From positions 32,001-96,000 of the IMG/VR virus record IMGVR_UViG_3300021963_004241: 64,000 nucleotides of DNA; one strand, written 5' to 3'. Made by a program: the position numbers and the translations under genes. Below the pieces are notes generated by a model. That model was given only the letters and a program-made list of their open reading frames with translations. It made no database searches and was not told the origin of the DNA. This document shows, piece after piece, positions 40,702-47,901 of this stretch (position 1 is the stretch's first letter; every line of letters begins with the position of its first letter). Source of the stretch: a virus.

Positions 40702-41171
40702 ATTGTGTACTTATAAACGTTTTTTTCTACTGGTAACCATTCCGGATTTTCTAAAGGATCAAAATATTTAGAATCGTATTCTCCAGAATATATAACACAA
40801 TCATTTTTTACTAACAAATCTTTATTACCAGAAAACTTGGATAGATTTAAGTATCCTAGTTCTCTGTTTCTTACACACATATTCCAAGCCATTCCTGCTA
40901 AGAATATTCCATCGACGGTATCGTCATCTAGTAAGAATTTAATCTCATCGATAGTAGTGGCGTAAATTTTTTTACCTTTAAGATTACATACTATAGAAGA
41001 TGCTTTCTTGTTATCGTATGCAGCTATGACTATAGTGTCGATGTCATTTCTCGATTCAACGAATCTTTTGATATTTCTCAACACAGCATAATGCGCTGAC
41101 AACGGAAAAAGTAAAATATTAATCCAATCTAATTCCCAGGGATCTATAATTATTAAAATCCTCTTTTTCAT
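40692..41171 (-). CDS. isochorismatase/cysteine-hydrolase-like protein
   Basis: LIIIDPW and LAGMAWNMCV motifs. Confidence 0.55.
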   Translation of the reverse strand: MKKRILIIIDPWELDWINILLFPLSAHYAVLRNIKRFVESRNDIDTIVIAAYDNKKASSIVCNLKGKKIYATTIDEIKFLLDDDTVDGIFLAGMAWNMCVRNRELGYLNLSKFSGNKDLLVKNDCVIYSGEYDSKYFDPLENPEWLPVEKNVYKYTMGV

Positions 41172-41179
41172 TAGACGAG

Positions 41180-41362
41180 TTATTCTTCTGCTTTGTCTTT
41201 ATTTCGAGATCTCGACGATACTGGTTTAATCAACGCAGCCATCTCGGCTTGTATCATTGCACGTTTCCACTGAGCCTTTTTGTGAGGATCTTGAAACTTA
41301 GACAATGCTAAACTTGTCTTTAGAGGTTTTGACATTCTATAATTAGCGCCTGGTTTTAACAT
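41180..41362 (-). CDS. small basic protein (60 aa)
   Basis: AGGA RBS before MLKPG; the ORF-track start lies inside tRNA-Ser. Confidence 0.65.
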   Translation of the reverse strand: MLKPGANYRMSKPLKTSLALSKFQDPHKKAQWKRAMIQAEMAALIKPVSSRSRNKDKAEE

Positions 41363-41382
41363 ATTTTTCCTTTTTAAAAATT

Positions 41383-41477
41383 TGGCGGAGTGTATTGGAT
41401 TCGAACCAATGATGCAGGTTTTTGCCCACATGCCTTCTTAGCAGGAAGGTGCCTTCGACCAACTCGGCCAACACTCC
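41383..41477 (-). tRNA. tRNA-Ser(GCT)
   Basis: Cloverleaf with long variable arm, loop CTGCTAA, CCA. Confidence 0.93.
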
Positions 41478-41483
41478 AATGTT

Positions 41484-43088
41484 TCACTTGAGATACTTTC
41501 TTTCCCAGGTTTTATAATCTACATCCTGGAATATATTTTCTTTTAACCATTCATAATTATTAGGTAAGTCATCGCTGATTAAATCGTGCTTTACTTCTCT
41601 CGAAGTAAAATAATGACGTCCTAAGTTCAACTGATTTTTAGTTATCGAATCTTTCTTAAATTTAGATAAATCTAATTTCCAAGAAGCCGCTAACTGCAAC
41701 CACATATATTCTGCAAATAATGTCCAATGGTCTTTAGCATTGGTTATGGAATTTCTTCCATCGCTATACTTTTGAAAAATCAAATCTTCGTGACGTTCTT
41801 TGTCGCCGATCGATCGCATGTCGTTCCAAAAGTCAGTGTCAGTTCTCTTACTAAGAGTGTAATGTATCTTTATAAAATCTGTTAGATCGTCAATGGTGTA
41901 TGCCAGTTTCTTATTGTAATTGGACCAATCTAAGTTTCCAGTTTTTTTATATCCGTCTAAACTGTTGATCAATTCGTATATTCCACTGATCAAAATGTAT
42001 AACGCATTTGCTTCTAATGGTTCGTAGAAACCAGAACACAGTCCTACAGTGGCTACGTTACCATTGGCAAATTGTTCTAATCTAGCAGGTTTCCAGGATA
42101 GCACTCTGGGTTCTAATCTTCTATTAGAATTTAGTTTTTTGTACTCGTCTATAGCCTGTTCAACATCTAAGTGACTAGAACTAAAACAAAGTCCACATCC
42201 CATCCTATGATATAAACCGATCTTAAACATCCATCCGTTGGGTTGTGCTATCGATTGTGTGTAATTTACTAACTCTTTTTGTATGTCGTTATATTCTAAT
42301 TGTGCAACTACAGCAGTATCGATGGCATAATCTTTGTAGGGAATCACATTCCAGTTTAGTGCTTTGACTAACAGTCTCGCGAAACCAGAAGCATCAACAA
42401 ACAAATCAGCTGTAACAACTTCTCCATCTTCTAAAACAACGGATGATATTTTATCCTGTTCACATTTTACTTCTATGACTTTTTTAGAAATATGTTTCAC
42501 ACCGTTCGGTAATGCAATAAAATCTCTTACATAGTCTCCGCATTTATCTGCGTTGATGTGTTGACTCCAGCTGTAAAACTGATTAAGTAGATACTTGTCA
42601 TTTAAAAACGGAGAAACGTTTTTCTCCATGTAATGATATGCACTACTCCAATACCTATCAAACTTGTCTATGGAACCATCTAACAACAGTTGAGAAAATA
42701 CATCTGTTGTTTTAACAGTACTCTCTGGATATTTTAAATCGTTGTAGCTGACTAATTCTGAAGTTTCTCTGTACAGCAACTCTGCTGCGGAAGGATACGA
42801 AAATCCAAAATATTCGGATTCATTTTGATCCCCAGTGATCCATCCAGTGAACTTGTTAGCTAATTTATAAACAGCACCAGTTTCATTCATCCAGTGCTTT
42901 GTGTCAATTTCTAGAAAATCAAAAAATCCTTGTACGTGCGGTGTAACACTTTCTCCTACTCCAATCTTTGGAATATCCGGAGACTCTATCAAAGTGATAT
43001 TAAATTGATCATAGACTTTTGAAAGAGCTCCTGCTGTAAACCAGCCAGAAGTGCCGCCACCGACTATAACTATATTTTTTATTTTCAT
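41484..43088 (-). CDS. flavin-dependent tryptophan halogenase family protein
   Basis: IVGGGTSGW, IGVGES, KLANKF, FVDASGF, GWMFKIGL, GFYEPLEA, DTDFW. Confidence 0.88.
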   Translation of the reverse strand: MKIKNIVIVGGGTSGWFTAGALSKVYDQFNITLIESPDIPKIGVGESVTPHVQGFFDFLEIDTKHWMNETGAVYKLANKFTGWITGDQNESEYFGFSYPSAAELLYRETSELVSYNDLKYPESTVKTTDVFSQLLLDGSIDKFDRYWSSAYHYMEKNVSPFLNDKYLLNQFYSWSQHINADKCGDYVRDFIALPNGVKHISKKVIEVKCEQDKISSVVLEDGEVVTADLFVDASGFARLLVKALNWNVIPYKDYAIDTAVVAQLEYNDIQKELVNYTQSIAQPNGWMFKIGLYHRMGCGLCFSSSHLDVEQAIDEYKKLNSNRRLEPRVLSWKPARLEQFANGNVATVGLCSGFYEPLEANALYILISGIYELINSLDGYKKTGNLDWSNYNKKLAYTIDDLTDFIKIHYTLSKRTDTDFWNDMRSIGDKERHEDLIFQKYSDGRNSITNAKDHWTLFAEYMWLQLAASWKLDLSKFKKDSITKNQLNLGRHYFTSREVKHDLISDDLPNNYEWLKENIFQDVDYKTWERKYLK

Positions 43089-43128
43089 ATTTGTATATAT
43101 TATAGAAAAATAGTTTTCTATAATAAAT

Positions 43129-43227
43129 TGGTGCCTCCGGCAGGACTCGAACCTGCACACTCAGGCTTATCTGGCCTGTGCTTTGGCGAGGTATAAGCTC
43201 GCTTCTTTACCATTAAGCTACGGAGGC
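43129..43227 (-). tRNA. tRNA-Ile(TAT) with unusually long variable arm
   Basis: GCGAG-CTTATAC-CTCGC anticodon arm; 29-nt variable region with CAGGC/GCCTG stem; CCA. Confidence 0.85.
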
Positions 43228-43232
43228 ATTTT

Positions 43233-43307
43233 TGGTGCATCGTGAGAGGGTTGAACTCCCGACCTTGGCCTTGTAAGGGCCCTGCTCTACCACTGAGCTA
43301 ACGATGC
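43233..43307 (-). tRNA. tRNA-Val(TAC)
   Basis: Cloverleaf, loop CTTACAA, CCA. Confidence 0.93.
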
Positions 43308-43529
43308 TTATTTCTTTTTCCCTATCTCTTTAGAAACTTTAGTTAGATACTGTTTCATTTCTTTATATGTAGGAAAATGAAGTTTGTCCCCTTGTATCTC
43401 AAGTACCCACATTATTTCGTCTGCGTCATGAGGGCTTTCAACTTGTTCTACTACGAAGTCGACATTAGGCAGTTTCTTTTCAAAGTCCGCCATGTCTTTG
43501 GTAAATTTTGCGAAATTAATCTCTTCCAT
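43308..43529 (-). CDS. hypothetical protein (73 aa)
   Basis: AAGGA RBS before MEEINF. Confidence 0.65.
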   Translation of the reverse strand: MEEINFAKFTKDMADFEKKLPNVDFVVEQVESPHDADEIMWVLEIQGDKLHFPTYKEMKQYLTKVSKEIGKKK

Positions 43530-43538
43530 GATTATCCT

Positions 43539-43622
43539 TGGTGCCCCAGGAGAGACTCGAACTCTCACGCCTTGCGACATTGGCTTCTAAGACCAACGTG
43601 TCTACCATTCCACCACCGGGGC
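43539..43622 (-). tRNA. tRNA-Leu(TAG)
   Basis: Class II cloverleaf, loop CTTAGAA, CCA. Confidence 0.93.
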
Positions 43623-43641
43623 ATAAATCTATTATAGCAAA

Positions 43642-43827
43642 TTACTTAGCTGTGTCAAGTCTCTTTTCTAATTTTTTTAGAGTATCCTTGCGCATTAAGA
43701 ATCGTCTTTCCTGACTAGGCCTATGAACGACGAGATATTCAACACCATCTATTACCTGCACATCTCGCGTGTTCTCACAAACAAATTTTTCGTGATTAAG
43801 AATGTTTTCAAAAGTTACAGGCTTCAT
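43642..43827 (-). CDS. hypothetical protein (61 aa)
   Basis: AAGGAG RBS. Confidence 0.7.
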   Translation of the reverse strand: MKPVTFENILNHEKFVCENTRDVQVIDGVEYLVVHRPSQERRFLMRKDTLKKLEKRLDTAK

Positions 43828-43838
43828 AATTATCTCCT

Positions 43839-43912
43839 TGGGGTGCCTTGGGGAATCGAACCCTCGCCTGCTGATTCACAGTCAGCTTTGCTACCACTAC
43901 ACTAAAGACACC
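43839..43912 (-). tRNA. tRNA-His(GTG)
   Basis: G-1:C73, loop CTGTGAA, CCA. Confidence 0.93.
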
Positions 43913-43918
43913 ATTGTG

Positions 43919-43992
43919 TGGCGGCGGTACCAGGGCTCGAACCTAGAACGACTGAGTCAAAGTCAGTTGTGTTACCATTACACCATACCGCT
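43919..43992 (-). tRNA. tRNA-Gln(TTG)
   Basis: Cloverleaf, loop CTTTGAC, CCA. Confidence 0.92.
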
Positions 43993-43997
43993 ATATT

Positions 43998-44073
43998 TGG
44001 TGCTGCCTCGTGGGATCGAACCACGTTCCTCGGTTCTTCAGACCGGTGCTATGACCACATCAGCTAAAGCAGC
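43998..44073 (-). tRNA. tRNA-Phe(GAA)
   Basis: Cloverleaf, loop CTGAAGA, CCA. Confidence 0.9.
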
Positions 44074-44078
44074 AAAAT

Positions 44079-44154
44079 TGGTGGAGGCACAGGGACTCGA
44101 ACCCTGAACCTACCGGTTAAAAGCCGGTTGCTCTAGCCATTGAGCTATACCTCC
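44079..44154 (-). tRNA. tRNA-Lys(TTT)
   Basis: Cloverleaf, loop CTTTTAA, CCA. Confidence 0.94.
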
Positions 44155-44246
44155 GTATAGTCCGTATTAGATTGATTTACTGTGCCAACCCGGACCACAC
44201 GGAGTACCGGGCGACACTAAGGTTTACCTACCTTCATGCCATTCTC

Positions 44247-44315
44247 CTATTTTAAATTTTTGTCTATCCAAATTAATCCTACTACAACCAAAATAATAAC
44301 TGCGATCGCCCCATT
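44247..44315 (-). CDS. 22-aa single-transmembrane peptide (not in ORF track)
   Basis: AAGGAG RBS; MGAIAVIILVVVGLIWIDKNLK*. Confidence 0.55.
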   Translation of the reverse strand, partial: NGAIAVIILVVVGLIWIDKNLK

Positions 44316-44331
44316 TTGTTTTCTCCTTTAA

Positions 44332-44413
44332 TGGTACCCCTGCCCGGACTCGAACCGGGAGAAACTAACACTCCTTTTGAGAGAGCTGCCTTTACCAATT
44401 TGGCCACAGGGGC
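44332..44413 (-). tRNA. tRNA-Leu(CAA)
   Basis: Cloverleaf, loop CTCAAAA, CCA. Confidence 0.88.
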
Positions 44414-44416
44414 ATT

Positions 44417-44501
44417 TGGTGCGAGCGGAGGGTCACGATCCCTCAATCCCGAAGGCGGCAGATTTTAAGTCTGCTGTGTATACCAATTCCACCACGCTCG
44501 C
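44417..44501 (-). tRNA. tRNA-Leu(TAA)
   Basis: Class II cloverleaf, loop CTTAAAA; T loop ATCGTGA. Confidence 0.9.
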
Positions 44502-44508
44502 ATATTTC

Positions 44509-44584
44509 TGGCACCCCTGGAAGGAATCGAACCTCCTACTCCGATGTTCGTAGCATCGTACTCTGTCCAATGAGTTACAGGGGT
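44509..44584 (-). tRNA. tRNA-Arg(ACG)
   Basis: Cloverleaf, loop CTACGAA, CCA. Confidence 0.92.
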
Positions 44585-44586
44585 AT

Positions 44587-44661
44587 TGGCCGGCCTGGAG
44601 AGATTCGAACTCCCGACAGCTGGTTTCGAAGACCAGAACTCTTCCACTGAGCTACAGGCCG
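44587..44661 (-). tRNA. tRNA-Arg(TCG)
   Basis: Cloverleaf, loop CTTCGAA, CCA. Confidence 0.9.
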
Positions 44662-44664
44662 AAT

Positions 44665-44743
44665 TGGTCTGGATGGTAGGATTCGAACCTACAACCTCGA
44701 TCTTCCAAAGATCGCCGTCTACGCAGATTGACATTACACCCAG
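44665..44743 (-). tRNA. tRNA-Pro(TGG), second divergent copy
   Basis: CGATC-TTTGGAA-GATCG arm, CCA. Confidence 0.85.
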
Positions 44744-44752
44744 GTTAAAGGA

Positions 44753-44976
44753 TTGTAGCCTAGCGTCCTCAGGTTCATCGCTAGTGTTTACGCATACAGA
44801 GCCGGACTTCCTTATGCGGAGGTTTTCCAGGACATGTTACTTGGGCTACTAAGCCAGGCGCTTCCACTTCAGCTACCGCCCGGAATGGACGGTGGGGAGT
44901 CGAACCCCCTCCTGCTCTACATTGTATTAAGTTTCGAACCTTTTTACAATGTGCTTTTTACTTGCTAACGCTACAA
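44753..44976 (-). ncRNA. RNA with circularly permuted tRNA-like domain (YrlA/Y-RNA-like)
   Basis: T arm, then closed acceptor hairpin, then D arm at 44851-44918; ends complementary (TTGTAGC/GCTACAA). Confidence 0.6.
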
Positions 44977-44979
44977 ACT

Positions 44980-45054
44980 TGGTGCCGCAGGGTGGGAACG
45001 ATCCACCGACCTACGCCTTATCAAGACGTTGCTCTACCACTGAGCTACTGAGGC
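44980..45054 (-). tRNA. tRNA-Ile(GAT)
   Basis: Cloverleaf, loop TTGATAA; T loop ATCGTTC. Confidence 0.9.
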
Positions 45055-45064
45055 AAATTTTATT

Positions 45065-45139
45065 TGGTGGTAACGATAGGACTCGAACCTATACCTTGCA
45101 GCGTATGAAGCTGTTGCACGACCATTATGCTACGTTACC
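45065..45139 (-). tRNA. tRNA-CAT (elongator Met or lysidine Ile2)
   Basis: Cloverleaf, loop TTCATAC, paired G1-C72, CCA. Confidence 0.88.
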
Positions 45140-45141
45140 GT

Positions 45142-45216
45142 TGGCGGTCCCAAGGGGTAACGATCCCCTTCTTTCAGCGTGACAGGCTGATGTGCGTCCA
45201 TGAACACTTTGAGACC
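45142..45216 (-). tRNA. tRNA-Asp(GTC)
   Basis: Cloverleaf, loop CTGTCAC; T loop ATCGTTA. Confidence 0.9.
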
Positions 45217-45222
45217 TAATGT

Positions 45223-45312
45223 TGGCGGAAGCGGTGAGATTCGAACTCACGGACCATTTCTGATCGTCTGTTTTCAAGACAGGTGCAATAAACCGGACTC
45301 TGCCACACTTCC
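45223..45312 (-). tRNA. tRNA-Ser(TGA)
   Basis: Class II cloverleaf, loop CTTGAAA, CCA. Confidence 0.93.
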
Positions 45313-45774
45313 TTCGATTTTAAATTTTGTTAGAATGTCTACACTCCAACGATAAGCATAACTAGTGCCATGCTCATTACTAAAGAATAATTTTTTACTG
45401 TGAGGTAGATCCATGTCTAGGATATAGACATGGTCTGGATCAAACTTAGGATCATTGAATCCTATGTAAACTTTTGTATCGTGTTTCTTAGCTATGTTTT
45501 TATAACTGTTATAGAATCGTTCATCAAAGCCAAAGTATCTTTGACCATACATTTCGTAACAGTTTCTTTTCTTAGCATCTATAAAACAGATCTTTTCTGT
45601 CTCAGTATTGTAAAGAACATAGTCGGGAAATTGATCTCCGTCCTCGTCTCTATGTACGTCTCGGGTATCATTGACTTCCCAGTTTGTATTAGCGAAGTAT
45701 TGGTCCATCCATTTCTCCATCTTGGATTCCCATACTTGGCCTACAGCTAATGATTTTCTAAATTTAATTCCCAT
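45274..45774 (-). CDS. PD-(D/E)xK nuclease-like protein
   Basis: WE...FPDYVLY...FIDAKKR; own promoter TTGACA-N17-TACACT. Confidence 0.65.
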   Translation of the reverse strand: MGIKFRKSLAVGQVWESKMEKWMDQYFANTNWEVNDTRDVHRDEDGDQFPDYVLYNTETEKICFIDAKKRNCYEMYGQRYFGFDERFYNSYKNIAKKHDTKVYIGFNDPKFDPDHVYILDMDLPHSKKLFFSNEHGTSYAYRWSVDILTKFKIEGSVAESGLLHLS

Positions 45775-45808
45775 ACTACAGTGTATAGTATAAAAATTAG
45801 TTTGTCAA

Positions 45809-45886
45809 TGGAGCACCGGGTAGGATTTGAACCTACGGTTTTATGGATTTGCAATCCACTGCATTGGGCCTCTCTGCCACCGGTGC
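45809..45886 (-). tRNA. tRNA-Cys(GCA)
   Basis: Cloverleaf, loop TTGCAAA, U73, CCA. Confidence 0.92.
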
Positions 45887-45891
45887 ATAAC

Positions 45892-45967
45892 TGGTACACG
45901 GTACGGGAATCGAACCCGTCTTTCCGCCTTGAAAGGGCAGCGTCCTCGACCGATAGACGAACCGTGC
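45892..45967 (-). tRNA. tRNA-Glu(TTC)
   Basis: Cloverleaf, loop CTTTCAA, CCA. Confidence 0.93.
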
Positions 45968-46064
45968 ATAAAAACTGCTAAGGGACACACAGGGCTGTTG
46001 TTTAAGAGTGAGCGGCGACTTTACGTAAAAGTCTCCTCCCGCAACTCTCCCATTAAGACTTTAC

Positions 46065-46139
46065 TGGCGTACCCCCAGGGATTCGAACCCCGACTAGCAG
46101 TTTTGGAGACTGTCGTGCTGCCGTTGACACTAGGGATAC
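46065..46139 (-). tRNA. tRNA-Trp(CCA)
   Basis: Cloverleaf, loop CTCCAAA, CCA. Confidence 0.92.
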
Positions 46140-46145
46140 ATTCTT

Positions 46146-46230
46146 TGGTGGATGCGGCTGGAGTCGAACCAGCAGTGCCAGAGGCGGCGGATTTACAGTC
46201 CACTGGGGTTACCAATTTTCCTACACATCC
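46146..46230 (-). tRNA. tRNA-Tyr(GTA)
   Basis: Class II cloverleaf, loop CTGTAAA, CCA. Confidence 0.93.
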
Positions 46231-46319
46231 AAAAACTATTCTGAAATACACTGACGACAATATGCTATGCATCCTATTTCTATGCGTCTAGGCTGTGGCC
46301 AATATGTTTTAGAATAGTG

Positions 46320-47205
46320 TTAAAGCTGAGATTACACTTTAACCAGTAACACCTCGAGCATTATACTGCACCTTGCGAGCACAGCTTCTCTCGACATCCA
46401 CATAAGCCCTTGCGGTACCTATGTCTGCTACCAGCATCGCCGTTTTTAAAGACAGGCAGTAGTCTTGTCGTCATACGCTATTCTGTATCATCTATCCCGT
46501 TGACCTTGCGAGCCATTCAAGTGCGCTAACACTTTACGAAACTTCCAATACAAACTAGTATCACCTTGCGAGCTTTACTAGGCTTGATTCACTTGCGTGT
46601 CAAGCATTAGATGCTTTTCACGTATGACCGAGGCAGTCTTTGCATTTTTGTGTTGATAGTTGGAATCGAACCAACTGCCGTCTGTTTAACATACAGATGC
46701 TCTACCGAATGAGCTATATCGAACCTACCGTGATGAGCTACCTCTGTTGCTCAATAATCTTTTGGACTACTGAATACAACTCACCACATACCTTTTGTCT
46801 TGCGGACTACTCAGTGATGTTTCACGATCGGTGTCCTGCATCAAAACAGTCCACTAACCATTAACATTGCACACGAGCTCTTGACTGCAACATCTCGAAC
46901 CAATGCACTACCCTTTCTCATACCTGTTCGCAAGTTGGTTTTGTTAGGAAGTCAGCACCACCTGTTACTTTTCATACGCCCAGGTTCCTTACGGCCTGTC
47001 GACGCACATTCTTTCCCTAACACTTGCTTCACAGTTACATCCACCGGTCTTATCAGTGAACGCTACCTCGCGGTAGTGAGCAGGCTTGTTTACGTGAACC
47101 ATTGCTGGCGCTAGTATGTAGGCATTCTAGCTTTGGCTGTGTCACCACAGTTATTCTTCGTAACGCTGGGCGAACCATACGCTACAGGACAATAAACTGC
47201 CCTAA
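46320..47205 (-). ncRNA. large structured ncRNA, GOLLD-like
   Basis: ~890 nt with no credible minus-strand ORF, at least 8 C-GNRA-G tetraloop hairpins, promoter TTGACA-N16-TATAAT at 47212-47239, adjacent to tRNA array, internal tRNA. Confidence 0.72.
46651..46724 (-). tRNA. tRNA-Asn(GTT)-like element embedded in the large ncRNA (no CCA)
   Basis: D arm GCTC/GAGC, TCTGT-ATGTTAA-ACAGA, T arm GTTGG-TTCGATT-CCAAC, bulged acceptor. Confidence 0.7.
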
Positions 47206-47487
47206 GTCTCTATTATATACAAGTTATTTTACTTGTCAATACTTTTTGGTTAAACACTCTTCCCTATGGTTTTAGACAGCGTCAGGGGCTGAATGAAGAG
47301 TGTGTATTAAAGTGCTCTATGTACGCTATGCGCCGCCTTGTTCAGAGGTCGATAGAACACTTTAATACGCTACCATTTTACGCATCTAGGTTGTCGCCCT
47401 AGACTTACCATCCGGTAGGCCGCCCACATTAGTAGCAAGATTTTTATAGTGCCCTGCAGGGTCGCGTTCCCTATCACACTTCGCGTT

Positions 47488-47646
47488 CTACGAAAGGTCT
47501 TCCTTACGTTCCCGCACTTTGTCTAACGAGTAAAAAAATGTGTTTCTTTTCACTTTAGATTCAATTAATTTCTTAAATTGTTCTTCAGTTAAAACAAATC
47601 CTTCACTGTGCTCAACTTTGTAATCGTCATCTATCTCAAATTCCAT
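47488..47646 (-). CDS. small hypothetical protein (52 aa, not in ORF track), first gene after attenuator
   Basis: AAGGA RBS; MEFEIDDDYKVEHSEGFVLTEEQFKKL...DLS*. Confidence 0.6.
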   Translation of the reverse strand: MEFEIDDDYKVEHSEGFVLTEEQFKKLIESKVKRNTFFYSLDKVRERKEDLS

Positions 47647-47660
47647 CTGTTCCTTTCGGC

Positions 47661-47696
47661 AAACAAAAACCCCAGGGTTTTTAATCCTGGGGTCCT
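47661..47696 (-). terminator. intrinsic terminator of putative attenuator
   Basis: ACCCCAGG-attaaaaac-CCTGGGGT-TTTTGTTT. Confidence 0.85.
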
Positions 47697-47746
47697 TTTG
47701 AAGTTTGTGTAGTTTTGTTTACGCTACACGATCCTCCGAGGACCCC
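47689..47746 (-). promoter_or_regulatory. antiterminator hairpin
   Basis: GGGGTCCT (47739-47746, in leader ORF) complementary to AGGACCCC (47689-47696, terminator 5' arm); inner GGAG/CTTC and GTGTAG/CTACAC helices. Confidence 0.75.
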
Positions 47747-47862
47747 GATTCTGGTGTACGATCATTAGATAGACTAATCTCACATACAGACCAATATGAG
47801 GGCATAAAGCCTCCCAACTGGGCTATCTGTTTCGCTTGTCTATGTAACGATAATTGTTTCAT
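47719..47862 (-). CDS. attenuator leader peptide containing all 20 amino acids (47 aa, not in ORF track)
   Basis: AAGGA RBS; MKQLSLHRQAKQIAQLGGFMPSYWSVCEISLSNDRTPESGSSEDRVA*. Confidence 0.75.
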   Translation of the reverse strand: MKQLSLHRQAKQIAQLGGFMPSYWSVCEISLSNDRTPESGSSEDRVA

Positions 47863-47901
47863 TTGCTTTTCTTTCCTTGTGCTGTTTCCAGCGATGTTCT
47901 T

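Noticed and set aside
44234-44242. ATG-GCA-TGA followed by a hairpin as a selenocysteine/SECIS signal
   Set aside because: An in-frame TAG follows two codons later and the RBS spacing favours the second ATG; no tRNA-Sec is present.
44851-44918. Two-piece (permuted) tmRNA interpretation
   Set aside because: It has a G3:U70-like pair, but also a true D stem and only a 5-nt linker, with no identifiable tag reading frame or pseudoknot series. A Y-RNA-like topology fits better; tmRNA is not fully excluded.
46370-46600. ccttgcgagc repeats as a CRISPR or tandem repeat array
   Set aside because: Only 6-10 nt and irregularly spaced; explained as GCAA tetraloop hairpins. No cas genes are present.
38869-47114. 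ORF-track entries overlapping tRNAs/ncRNAs (e.g. 38869-39303, 43802-44107, 44465-44734, 44586-44852, 45827-46291, 46021-46272, 46640-46864, 46881-47114)
   Set aside because: They lie on or antisense to clear tRNA/structured-RNA genes and lack an RBS and protein-like composition.
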